A program made the translations under genes and the position numbers. DNA of 64,000 bases from Syntrophorhabdaceae bacterium (GTDB lineage Bacteria; Desulfobacterota; Syntrophorhabdia; Syntrophorhabdales; Syntrophorhabdaceae), in assembly GCA_963666485.2 (NCBI GenBank), contig CAXXUO010000001.1, positions 64,001-128,000 on the forward strand, in the 5' to 3' direction. This document shows positions 38,401 to 46,799 of the stretch, piece after piece. Below the pieces are notes generated by a model, which ran no database searches, was not told the origin of the DNA, and saw nothing but the letters and a program-made list of their open reading frames with translations. The number at the start of each line of letters is the position of its first letter. Position 1 is the first letter of the stretch.

Positions 38401-38480
38401 AAGGCGTTGTCGAAAAAAAGGGCAGCCTGATCAACATCAAGGTGAGCAAGGTCGAAAGCCTTGCCCCGTCGTTCCGGTAA
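35412..38480 (+). CDS. dnaE2: Error-prone DNA polymerase III alpha subunit
   Basis: PHP motif ELHAHSNFSFLDGAS, GRGSAAS, PDIDID, PRHLSIHVGG, KFDLLGL, FCKSHA, NNQPMGFY and FITLEDE. Confidence 0.93.
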   Translation: MYTELHAHSNFSFLDGASPTRALVERAASLGMDTLAITDHDGLYNACLFTRLAKEAGIKPIIGAELTLEGERHLTLLVENGRGYENLSHLITRGHLAGSKGKPVLSPADLQARTEGLVCLSGCARSEINRLLIQRERRAAYEAAKAYTELFGKDNFYIELEGHLYPEDRGLCRQLIEMARELGLKTVASNNVHYATRDGHTLHDVLTCIQHGATLERSAAIRRLNSEFYLKSHEEMLELPFIPRDAILRTEEVARRCTFNLDFSSFSYPDFPLPVDETAAGFLKKLVMQKAGERYGALTEEVLARIEDETGLIEQKGLSGYFLVVWDIIEYARKMGISAQGRGSAASSVVAYALGITPVDPIRHRLFVGRFLNELSIPDIDIDIATNRREEVIRYAYDTYGREHAAMVCTYVTFQGRNAMREVGKVLGLPAHIIDRMAKSTSAYGGHGAVESLREVPEFRSYLDSGAWGHFSRLCGQIADFPRHLSIHVGGMIITPKPIADIVPQEHARAEGRIVCQWDKDSVDDAGLIKFDLLGLRMLSLIDDAKELIQKHRGIDLDLDRLPPDDPRVYDMISEADTVGIFQVESRAQMQTLPKMRPRTFEDLTIEVSIVRPGPLQGNMVHPFIRRRQGKEPVVHLHPKLAPILDETLGVILFQEQILEVAMAIAGFTAGEGNKLRKVMGRKNAREELLAWHERFLEGAKRQGIVSGIASKIFDHICGFADFGFCKSHAASFAILCYRSAYLKYHYPAEFYCALLNNQPMGFYEPEVIIGDAKRHNVPILPADINRSTWNCTIEEGSVRTGFRYVKGIGEEKGDRIVTARDRGGTYISLQDVADRSGLDMRSLQNLVAVGALSAIKNSRRQLLWEAGTIRTAGLTGLDAGAMHEKLPIPEMTAREETITDYIYQGFSPARHIIKLYRKKLDMLGAVPSDRLIRCSSGSKVIVAGYMVCLQMPPTAKGKFSFITLEDEDGLINLVVRPEVYKAYRTIIRLEPFLLVEGVVEKKGSLINIKVSKVESLAPSFR

Positions 38481-38496
38481 AACCCGCAGATACCCG

Positions 38497-38679
38497 TCAC
38501 GCGATCTTTTTCTTGCACCGGATACAATACATCGGCTTTTCGTCGTGGATCGCATCCTCGAAATACCGGACCTTTTCGGGGGACTGTCTTTCCTCGTCGC
38601 TTGCGCAAACGGGACAGATCCACCCGCTATCTTCCTTACGATGATATGCCCTTATCTTTTTTTCATCTATTATCGCCAT
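38497..38679 (-). CDS. Small zinc-ribbon-like protein
   Basis: 60 aa with CPVC and CIRC; GGGGA SD. Confidence 0.65.
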   Translation of the reverse strand: MAIIDEKKIRAYHRKEDSGWICPVCASDEERQSPEKVRYFEDAIHDEKPMYCIRCKKKIA

Positions 38680-38784
38680 AGGTCTTCCCCCTTGAAATAT
38701 ACGATCTTTTCCCTGGGGGAACTATAGTGCGCCGGATAGCGGCCGTCAACGAATGATGGATGCAGAATCGCGGTGGAAGAGGTT

Positions 38785-39714
38785 TTACGGCTGAACGACT
38801 GTGATCGCCAATTCCCTGTCGAGTTTCATTTCCTCAAGAAAATGCGGCTTTATGAAAACCTTGATGGTTGCCGGCCCCGGCTTTTGTGCCCTGAACTCCT
38901 TTGCAAGGGCCGCGTCCTGAACGAGCCAGCCGTCGCTATCCATCGACAGGACGGGAGTCCTGGCATCGCGAAGCGGGGCGAGCACATCGCCATCGGCCCG
39001 GACATTATAGAACGGCCCGCTCTTGCTGCCTTCCTTTCCATAATAAAACATGACGGTTTCTCCGAGCGGAAGGACTCCATCCTCTCCCAGGTAGAAAAAC
39101 GTAAAGTTCTTGACGATCAGACCTCCGTCGGGTTTGTTCCCACTGACTGTCAGGGTGTTTTTACCCTGCCGCCATGCCGGATCAATGATCCGGGCCTGTA
39201 CGTCGCTGCCTGTCGATCTTCCGTACATATCCTTGCCGTTGAACGATATCCTGATGTCCGTAACATTGACTATGGCGACGGCGAGTTGTTTACCCTTTCC
39301 CGATACTATCTCCCGGTCGCCCGGATGGTCCATGACAGCGATAAGGGGAACTTGTTTCCATTCAAAAACGCTCTTCGCAACCGCGGTGCGGCTGTTGACC
39401 GTCATTTTTACCGTTACGGCCTGTTTGCCTGCCCGCCGGGGAAAGAACATGAGGTCGGCCATGTTCCTGCCGCCCGAGAAGCCGCCGGATACCTTTCGCG
39501 CCCGGACGGGCTTGCCGTTGACCTCAACCGTAAATTTTGCATTATCACCCCATGCCTGCGGGTATTCGAGCCCGGCTATGGCATATATGTCATGTGCGGG
39601 CTGAATGGATGTGATCTTAAGCGTGGTCACCGCGGCCGGCTCAGACGATTGTCCGGCGCACAGGCCGGCGAAAAGAACGATCATGATAATAAAAATAACG
39701 GAAAAATATCTCAT
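38785..39714 (-). CDS. Hypothetical exported beta-rich protein
   Basis: Signal peptide and GAGG SD; no family recognised. Confidence 0.7.
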   Translation of the reverse strand: MRYFSVIFIIMIVLFAGLCAGQSSEPAAVTTLKITSIQPAHDIYAIAGLEYPQAWGDNAKFTVEVNGKPVRARKVSGGFSGGRNMADLMFFPRRAGKQAVTVKMTVNSRTAVAKSVFEWKQVPLIAVMDHPGDREIVSGKGKQLAVAIVNVTDIRISFNGKDMYGRSTGSDVQARIIDPAWRQGKNTLTVSGNKPDGGLIVKNFTFFYLGEDGVLPLGETVMFYYGKEGSKSGPFYNVRADGDVLAPLRDARTPVLSMDSDGWLVQDAALAKEFRAQKPGPATIKVFIKPHFLEEMKLDRELAITVVQP

Positions 39715-39774
39715 TATGAAAACCTCAAGAATGATAGAGGCCGTATAGCCTTCTTTCCTGTGCGCACCCTTATA

Positions 39775-40332
39775 CTAATTCATTTTGGACAGTATCTGCA
39801 TCGCCATGTTCCGGGTATAATTCAGGCTCTGCTCCTCTCTCGCCCTTTCCATGGCTTGACTGGACGGAAAACTTCCCTCGAGGTGCGGATGGGCGACGAG
39901 GACGAACAGGTAATTTGCCTTTATTATCCAGAGATCATACCCGTTCCAGAAGGCTTCTTCACCCAGGGCGGGGATGTTCCTCATTTTCTTCGCCGTATCC
40001 GGGTTCGCCATCCGGGCTTTTTTCTGTCTTTCATAGGCATCCCTCGCCGATTTGAATATCCCTTCCGGCTTTATCTGTTCGGACGATGAGACCCTGACCT
40101 TAATGGCGCACGTAGTGCCTTTGATCTTGAAGATATATATACACATGGTGCCGGCAGGGGCCTTGACCCTTTCCGCTTTCTGCGACTGTGCCTTCGCATT
40201 AAAGAGCGATTCCGCCTCGGGCCTCGTAAAGATGCCGCATGCTTCGATCTGGTCTGCCGCATACACGGCCGGAGGGCCCGGCATGACAGCAAACAACAGG
40301 GCAATAACGGCAAAGGACGCGAATATCTTCAT
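39775..40332 (-). CDS. Hypothetical exported protein
   Basis: GGAGGAG SD before ATG 40332; signal peptide; ACGIFT..C..IPALGEEAFW pattern. Confidence 0.7.
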   Translation of the reverse strand: MKIFASFAVIALLFAVMPGPPAVYAADQIEACGIFTRPEAESLFNAKAQSQKAERVKAPAGTMCIYIFKIKGTTCAIKVRVSSSEQIKPEGIFKSARDAYERQKKARMANPDTAKKMRNIPALGEEAFWNGYDLWIIKANYLFVLVAHPHLEGSFPSSQAMERAREEQSLNYTRNMAMQILSKMN

Positions 40333-40411
40333 AACTCCTCCTGGCGTCATGGCATACAGTTTTTGTGTGATTGAATGATACTACAAAATGAGGAGGTTTG
40401 AAAGCGCCGGT

Positions 40412-41191
40412 CTATTTTTTGTCCTGTTCCCGTGCTATAAGCGCTGCACCGAGCGCGGCCGTGATCTGGGGATGATCGGGAACAAAGAGTTTCGCGCCAA
40501 GTTCCGCGCCAAGCGCATTGACGAGCCCGATATCCATTGCCCCGCCGCCTGTCACGGCAAAGTCGGGATTGAGCCCGACGCGCATCGCCAGCGTCACGAT
40601 CTTCGACGCCATGGCATTGTGAATTCCCGCCAGTATATCGGCCGGGGATGCCCCCTCCGATATGCGGGACACCGCTTCCGATTCGGCGAAGACAGCGCAT
40701 GCTGTTGTGAACTCTACAGGCTTCTGCGCTTTCAACGATAGTTCCCCGATGTCTGCCACATTCATATGCAGGATGCGTGCGGCTACCTGGAGGAACTTGC
40801 CGCTTCCCCCGGCGCATTTTTCGTTCATGATGAAGTTCGCAAGCCTTCCCTCGTCGTCGAGCCGGATCGCCCGGGAATACTGGGCCCCCACATCCATGAG
40901 AGTTTTCACGGAAGGGAAGAGGTGATGGACCCCGATGGCATGGCACGAAATGTCCGTTGACGTATCGTCGGCAAAATCCACCATGTTACCGCCATACCCT
41001 GCCGCAACCGTGCGTGCCACATCAGCCCGGGTAATTCCGATCTCATCGAGCGCCGCTTTTGCCGCCAGCGTGCCCGCCTCCCGGTAATCCCCCCCGGATG
41101 GTATTACGGCGTAGGACCGGATCTCGCCGTCTTCAAGGATGACCGCCTTCGAATACCCGGAACCCACATCTATGCCAAGTACAAATGACAC
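40412..41191 (-). CDS. BcrA/BcrD-family ATP-binding activase subunit
   Basis: GTG 41191 with GAGGT SD; GIDVGS, AGYG, DISCHA, DVGAQ, MNEKCAGGSGKF and CAVFAESE motifs. Confidence 0.88.
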   Translation of the reverse strand: MSFVLGIDVGSGYSKAVILEDGEIRSYAVIPSGGDYREAGTLAAKAALDEIGITRADVARTVAAGYGGNMVDFADDTSTDISCHAIGVHHLFPSVKTLMDVGAQYSRAIRLDDEGRLANFIMNEKCAGGSGKFLQVAARILHMNVADIGELSLKAQKPVEFTTACAVFAESEAVSRISEGASPADILAGIHNAMASKIVTLAMRVGLNPDFAVTGGGAMDIGLVNALGAELGAKLFVPDHPQITAALGAALIAREQDKK

Positions 41192-41201
41192 TATTATTAC
41201 C

Positions 41202-42041
41202 TCATGCGAAGAATGTCGCTTCTTCCAGTTTCTTTTCGCTGCGCGGCGGTTTTTGCCCTTCGGCCGCATATTTTGTGTAGATGTCCTTACCCATCAGCGC
41301 GGCACCCAATGCCCCCGTTATGAGAGGTTCCGGGGGAACGAGGAGTTCCCTGCCGAATTTGGATTCCAGCGCCTTCACGAGGCCGGTGTTCTTCGCCCCG
41401 CCTCCCGTGACAGCTATATCGGGCTCGACATTAAGCTTCCGGACGAGGGCCGCGATCCGCGTTGCAACCGCATCGTGGATCCCGGCAATGAGATTCGCGA
41501 TAGGCTCGCCCGTTGCCAGGCGCGAGATGATCTCCTGTTCGGCAAAAACGGTGCACGTGCTGCTGACAGGGGCTATCCTTTCCGCAGATATCGATATCTC
41601 ACCGATCTTGTTGAGGGGTACGCCGAGAGAATCGGCGATGATCTCGAGAAAGCGGCCCGTACCGGCGGCGCATTTGTCGTTCATGACAAAGTTCATGACT
41701 TTGCCGTTTAAGATCTTGATGCCTTTACTATCCTGACCGCCGACATCGATGACGGTTTTAACAGAGGGGAGGAGGCTATGGAGGCCTTTTGCGTGGCAGG
41801 TGATTTCAGTAATTTGTCGATCAGCAAAGGGAACGTTGATCCTGCCGTATCCAGTAGCAACAATGTATGTCAGGTCGTCGAAGGAGAGGCGCGCTTGTCC
41901 GAGCGCCTCCTCCATCACTCTGTTTGCTAATTTTCTATGCTCGGGCCCCGTCGGCCCTATAAGCGACGCTTCGATCCTGTCGCTTACGATAACCACCTTG
42001 GTCATCGTGGAGCCGATGTCGACACCGGCAAAATATTCCAT
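41202..42041 (-). CDS. BcrA/BcrD-family ATP-binding activase subunit
   Basis: GVDIGSTMTK, TGYGR, EITCHA, DVGGQDSK, MNDKCAAGTGRF and CTVFAE motifs. Confidence 0.92.
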   Translation of the reverse strand: MEYFAGVDIGSTMTKVVIVSDRIEASLIGPTGPEHRKLANRVMEEALGQARLSFDDLTYIVATGYGRINVPFADRQITEITCHAKGLHSLLPSVKTVIDVGGQDSKGIKILNGKVMNFVMNDKCAAGTGRFLEIIADSLGVPLNKIGEISISAERIAPVSSTCTVFAEQEIISRLATGEPIANLIAGIHDAVATRIAALVRKLNVEPDIAVTGGGAKNTGLVKALESKFGRELLVPPEPLITGALGAALMGKDIYTKYAAEGQKPPRSEKKLEEATFFA

Positions 42042-42082
42042 GTACTGCTCCTATAAATAAATCCAGGCTTGCGCCGCGTTCC

Positions 42083-43408
42083 CTAGCTTCTCGCCTTATG
42101 AGCCGCAAGGGTCTCGATGAACGCGTCTATCCTGTTGTGCGTGTCCGCTTCGTTATAGGAGCTGATATCAACGATATCGCCTTCCATGATCAGGATGGGG
42201 ATATCCTTGTATACTTTCTTCAGTGTCGCTGCCTGCTGCATAATACCCGCGTGCCAGCTTCTGCAGGAGAAGGCTGAGTGGAACACGGCGCCGTCACATT
42301 TGTAATCTTCGATATACTCGATGATCCTTTCTACCTTCGGGGTTGAGCCCGGGCGCTTCTTTGCCGCATCGTACCAGTGCGTCCAGTAGCGGACCCATCT
42401 CCATGCGATGTGCTCGAGCGGATCGTTTGTTTTCGGGATGTCGAGCCGTTCTATCTTCTCGCAGCCGCGATACGTCACTTCCACCGGGAACACGACGCCC
42501 TTGCTGTTGAAATACTGGAAATCTCCCAGCGCGAACCAGCTCGGAAGGCCGGCGGCCCAGATGACCCTGAATTTTTCCGGGTTGGCGACGCCGACGCCGT
42601 CCGCGATCTTCTGCTCCAGCTCGGCCTTCAGGCTGACATAAAAGTCATATGCTTCCTGGGTGCCGAGGTTGAATGTCAACGGGACCATGGTGTTCATCGC
42701 GTCGCCGGTATCCATCGGCGTCGGGATGTGCTTGCGCAGTTCGTACGTATCGATGAAAAGGTCCCATGTCTTGTCGGAAAGCTCGACGGTTTTCGCCAGG
42801 CGGTCCCAGTCCATCTTCTTGCCCGTGATCTTTTCGCAGAACTTCACTGTCTCGTGGAGCTCTTCTTTGGCATATTTAACGTATAATGCTTCAACTTCGT
42901 GGTGATCTGCCTTCGGGTCCCACGGGGGATAATACATGTTGGTGACGAACACGGGGACATCCTGCTGATAATGCTGGGTTGCCTGCGGCCATTTGAACCG
43001 CGGGTCGCACAGGAGCTGGCCGTTGCCGAGCATCATATCCGGCCGCGCCATGCCGCCCCAGGGTGCCCCTTCGGGCGCCTGGCCGAGCTCTTCGCGCATC
43101 ATGTCGAAGCCGATGTTGCAGGTCGCATATGTGCAAAGTGACCGGGAGAAGTTGTCCGATTCCGCCTTCTGGAGATATTTCTCGGCATCGCGCTTGGCTG
43201 CGCAGACACCGGAGAAGCTCTCACCCCACGCCGGGACGATGTCCATGGCGCGCATGATCTCGTCCTGCCCGTCAGCGATGAACGCTGCGGCGACCTTCTT
43301 GCCCTCTTCTTTTGCCTTTAATGTTGCAGACAGGTTTCCCCGTACGAATTTCGGTATACTTGCTGCCGTTGAGGTTGCTACCGCTCTTCCTTTTTTTTCT
43401 TCAGCCAT
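42083..43408 (-). CDS. Benzoyl-CoA reductase / 2-hydroxyacyl-CoA dehydratase family subunit (BcrB/BzdO-like)
   Basis: SRSLCTY, LCDPRFKW, DGAVFHSAFSCR and EGDIVD..RIDAFIETL motifs. Confidence 0.82.
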   Translation of the reverse strand: MAEEKKGRAVATSTAASIPKFVRGNLSATLKAKEEGKKVAAAFIADGQDEIMRAMDIVPAWGESFSGVCAAKRDAEKYLQKAESDNFSRSLCTYATCNIGFDMMREELGQAPEGAPWGGMARPDMMLGNGQLLCDPRFKWPQATQHYQQDVPVFVTNMYYPPWDPKADHHEVEALYVKYAKEELHETVKFCEKITGKKMDWDRLAKTVELSDKTWDLFIDTYELRKHIPTPMDTGDAMNTMVPLTFNLGTQEAYDFYVSLKAELEQKIADGVGVANPEKFRVIWAAGLPSWFALGDFQYFNSKGVVFPVEVTYRGCEKIERLDIPKTNDPLEHIAWRWVRYWTHWYDAAKKRPGSTPKVERIIEYIEDYKCDGAVFHSAFSCRSWHAGIMQQAATLKKVYKDIPILIMEGDIVDISSYNEADTHNRIDAFIETLAAHKARS

Positions 43409-43434
43409 GGTGGTGTCTCCTTATCTCTCTTCCG

Positions 43435-44586
43435 TTATGCGATCATCTCGAGGAAAGCCTCGATCCTGGTCTTGACCCGTGCGAGGGACGACGTTGAATA
43501 CTCGTCTTCCAGGTACAGCACAGGCGCTCCCGCCGCTTCGACGTAGCTCTTGATAGCCGGTACTTCAAATCCATAGGGGTCGCAATACTTGTAGATAAAG
43601 AGGATAACTCCGTCCACCTTGAAATCCTTCACGTAATTCTTCATGTGTCCGAAACGTTCCTCAAGGATGCCCTGGTACGTGGGGGCCGAACCGATAAATG
43701 TCGTCGGCACTTTCAGTTTTCTCAGGTACCGCTCTGCAATTCCCTGGAGCGGGTCCGCCGTAGCATCGACATCCTGCCAGTACATTTTGGAGCCGGTTGA
43801 AAGATCGTCCATGACGAGGTACGCGCCGGCCGATTCGATGGCCTCGATCACCGCGACATCGTCAATCTGATCACCGATTATCATGATGCGTTTCGCCTTG
43901 GGGTCTCCTGCCGCAGGCGTGCGGCCTTTTACTTCTTTTATGACCGATTCGATAAGAGCACTCGACTCTTCGACCGGAAGGCTCATCGCAGCCACACAGA
44001 CCTTCATCATTTCAACGCCGGAGATGAGGGGGGGATTCGATTTCCGAAGGTCATAGAGGTCCCTCATGAGTTTTCTGTTCTGATTGTGGGCCGCGACCGC
44101 CTTCGCGATCGCTTCGTCGGTTATCGTATTTCCGGTATATTTTTCGAGTGATTTAACAAACATCCGCAGGATCTCTTTCGTAAAAGCTATCGACGGATCG
44201 TCCGCAACGTGCGGGAGGTTCAGGAAATGCCAGTATGGAAGGTTTAAGGTATAGCTCCATGTCTCGTTCGTGCGGTCAATCGAGTCGCACTGATGAGGCA
44301 GGAGCATGCCATCCAGAAAATCATATTTTCCCTTGACCGCGGCATCGAAGACATTGCGCACAAATGGACACACGATCGTCTCCATGTACGCATCGCCTTT
44401 TGTTATTGATTCGGAAACATTCCCTTTGAGCCTTATCGGGAGAACGCCCGCTGCTGTCAGGATCTCAACCGGACCAAGCGCGGACAGGTACCCGATCACC
44501 TTTTTCCCCGACGCTTTCAATTCTCTCGCTCTCGACCCGTACTGGGTGTAAAGCTTTTCGGCGGCTGCCAAACCTATATCTGTCAT
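43435..44586 (-). CDS. Benzoyl-CoA reductase / 2-hydroxyacyl-CoA dehydratase family subunit (BcrC/BzdN-like)
   Basis: PVEILTAAG, IVCPFVR, PHQCDS, KYCDPYGFE and TRIEAFLEMI motifs; GGAG SD before ATG 44586. Confidence 0.85.
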   Translation of the reverse strand: MTDIGLAAAEKLYTQYGSRARELKASGKKVIGYLSALGPVEILTAAGVLPIRLKGNVSESITKGDAYMETIVCPFVRNVFDAAVKGKYDFLDGMLLPHQCDSIDRTNETWSYTLNLPYWHFLNLPHVADDPSIAFTKEILRMFVKSLEKYTGNTITDEAIAKAVAAHNQNRKLMRDLYDLRKSNPPLISGVEMMKVCVAAMSLPVEESSALIESVIKEVKGRTPAAGDPKAKRIMIIGDQIDDVAVIEAIESAGAYLVMDDLSTGSKMYWQDVDATADPLQGIAERYLRKLKVPTTFIGSAPTYQGILEERFGHMKNYVKDFKVDGVILFIYKYCDPYGFEVPAIKSYVEAAGAPVLYLEDEYSTSSLARVKTRIEAFLEMIA

Positions 44587-44674
44587 CTTCACTCCTTGCA
44601 TCCCGCCCTGCCAATACGGGATCTCTTTATGGGATAGCCAAGCCAGGCGTCAAAGGGGCCAATCTTGGCACACA

Positions 44675-44704
44675 ATTCTAATGGAACGTGGTGCCGTTTG
44701 TCAA
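44675..44704 (-). promoter_or_regulatory. Sigma70-type promoter upstream of the reductase genes
   Basis: TTGACA-N18-TAGAAT on the minus strand. Confidence 0.55.
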
Positions 44705-44722
44705 TCAATTATGTGAAGCTTT

Positions 44723-45040
44723 TCACACAATCAGGCGCATCGGCACATGCTGCACGGTGCCGTCTTCATGCAGCACCCGCACGATGACCTTCTTCTTCCT
44801 GTCGACGTCAAATTCGACGACATGCTTGTGAAGGGGCAGGCAGCCGAACGTTTCGACCAGCGTCTTCTCCTGGGCCCCGAGGCTCTCTTCCGGCAGCACC
44901 ATCGGCGTTCCCCTGCGAACGTCGAGTTTGACCACCCTTTTGTAATCGACGGGGATACAGCCGTAAACCTCGATCAGATTCTTTTCGAGTTCCCTGAATT
45001 TAAGATTCGTAACCGTCCTGAGAGACCATTCTCTTGCCAT
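44723..45040 (-). CDS. Hypothetical 105-aa protein with an internal duplication
   Basis: Strong GGAGGAGG SD; two copies of EKxLxExxGC(I/L)P...VVxxDV. Confidence 0.75.
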   Translation of the reverse strand: MAREWSLRTVTNLKFRELEKNLIEVYGCIPVDYKRVVKLDVRRGTPMVLPEESLGAQEKTLVETFGCLPLHKHVVEFDVDRKKKVIVRVLHEDGTVQHVPMRLIV

Positions 45041-45150
45041 GATGTCCTCCTCCCTTCTCGATAACCTGACAATTGCGCCCGGGTGAAACCTGTGTTCGAT
45101 CAGCCATTCTGTGCCTCAAGGCACGTCCAACCGTCATCTGTCTACCATAA

Positions 45151-45166
45151 AGCAAAGGGTGTGCCA
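45151..45166 (-). promoter_or_regulatory. Sigma54 (-24/-12) promoter
   Basis: TGGCAC-ACCCT-TTGCT on the minus strand matches TGGCAC-N5-TTGCW. Confidence 0.75.
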
Positions 45167-45429
45167 CGCATTTTTCACCCATTATTTTAACATGTTAGAT
45201 AGTTCAGGGGTACCGTATCCTATCATATATGGCAGATTTTAACTGGTATATGTGTCAGATATAACCCATTCTGTAATATATGTCAGAGTTTGCGAGCGAC
45301 CAGGTGCGGTCAGGCCGGTATCGCTAAAATAGGCGGAAAATAATGACATTTCACCCTCGTACCTTGAAAAACAAAGGTTAATCACATATAATCCTTACGT
45401 TTTAAAAGTCATACGCGGGGATCTCATAC

Positions 45430-46548
45430 ATGGAACGATACGATTGCGTGGTTGTGGGGGCCGGTCCCGGCGGGTCAACGTTTGCCCGGCATTCGGCACA
45501 GAGGGGTCTAAAAGTCCTTATCATTGAAAAAGAGTCCCTCCCGCGGTACAAGACGTGCGGCGGCGGCCTCACTCCCGCGGTCAGGAACCTTCTCGATTTT
45601 GATTATTCTCCCGTCATTCAGCGAAAAGTGAGCGGCGTGGCCTTTCTGTCGCGCGACGAGGACGGGACTGTCTTTTATCCTGACAGCATGCCCGTGGATA
45701 TGGTCGCCCGCAGCGAGTTCGACCATTGTCTCGTAAAACAGGCCGTCGCGGCGGGTGCTTCACTCAGGGAAAAGATCCGGGTCGTTTCAATCGAAGAACG
45801 AAAGGATGAGGTGATCGTCGAAACGGGCGATGGCGGCCGGATATCCGGCCTTATCGTGGTCGGCGCCGACGGTGCCCGCAGCATTGCAGCGCGCGCCGCC
45901 GGATTTCGCCGGGGATACGGGGGAATAGCCGTCGAAGCCGAGATATATCCACGTGACCCGGCGATCGTGGAAGAGCACTCGGGGCACTCGATATTCGGTT
46001 TCGGCTTCGCCCCGGGAGACGGATACGGCTGGGTGTTCCCGAAAAAAGATCATTTCTCCGTCGGAATAGGAACGAGCCGTGCACGCCTGCCCGAGCTCGT
46101 CCTCGTGTACCGGGAATTTGTCGGCCGTTTCGATTTCTTAGGCGATGCCGAGGAGAGGCTCAGGCGCGGATGGTTCATACCCTACTGCAAAAGCTCGGAG
46201 ACGATCAATACGCGGCGCATCTGCCTTGTCGGCGACGCGGCGCACCTTGTGGACCCCTTCAGCGGTGAAGGAATATATCATGCCATATTGAGCGGCATGA
46301 TCGGTGCAGACATCGCTGTTAAAGAACTGGGGGAAAAAGGCCGCCTTTCGCGACGGTACAGCAGGGAAATAAAGAGACAGATCACGCGGGATTTCATGTT
46401 TGGCCGGTGGTGCTCCGAGATCTATTACAGGGCACCGTCCTACTTTTATCGCAAGGAACGGGTGATCCGGGCACTCACACGGCTGGCCAAAAAAGAGATC
46501 CGTTACAAGGATGTTCTGAATGAACTGCGGAAAAGCCGCAGGACCTGA
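45430..46548 (+). CDS. Geranylgeranyl reductase family FAD-dependent oxidoreductase
   Basis: GAGPGG, PRYKTCGGGL, GADG, GYGWVFPK and GDAAHLVDPFSGEGI motifs. Confidence 0.9.
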   Translation: MERYDCVVVGAGPGGSTFARHSAQRGLKVLIIEKESLPRYKTCGGGLTPAVRNLLDFDYSPVIQRKVSGVAFLSRDEDGTVFYPDSMPVDMVARSEFDHCLVKQAVAAGASLREKIRVVSIEERKDEVIVETGDGGRISGLIVVGADGARSIAARAAGFRRGYGGIAVEAEIYPRDPAIVEEHSGHSIFGFGFAPGDGYGWVFPKKDHFSVGIGTSRARLPELVLVYREFVGRFDFLGDAEERLRRGWFIPYCKSSETINTRRICLVGDAAHLVDPFSGEGIYHAILSGMIGADIAVKELGEKGRLSRRYSREIKRQITRDFMFGRWCSEIYYRAPSYFYRKERVIRALTRLAKKEIRYKDVLNELRKSRRT

Positions 46549-46561
46549 CGTCAATTTTCGC

Positions 46562-46786
46562 TTATTTTTGCATTGCCTCGGCTTTTTTCACGGCCTCGGT
46601 GAGCAGGCCGACAAGGCCCTGCACCTGGTCCGGGCTTATCGTTACGCCATCCGGCGTTGCGACAAGCTCCCCATCCGTCAATATTTTGTACAGCCTGCAA
46701 TCAATAGACTTCGTACCCTTGAATTTATCGAGGACTTCCACCACGAGACGTTCACGGACACCTGTCGATAATTTGCCCACCAGCAT
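46562..46786 (-). CDS. PC4/YdbC-like small single-stranded nucleic-acid binding protein
   Basis: 74 aa; KFKGTKSIDCRLY..GELVATPDGVTIS pattern; AAGGAG SD. Confidence 0.6.
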   Translation of the reverse strand: MLVGKLSTGVRERLVVEVLDKFKGTKSIDCRLYKILTDGELVATPDGVTISPDQVQGLVGLLTEAVKKAEAMQK

Positions 46787-46799
46787 GATTCTCTCCTTT

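Noticed and set aside
44666..44696. GGCAC motifs on both strands as sigma54 promoters
   Set aside because: Neither has GC at the -12 position with the required 10-nt spacing.
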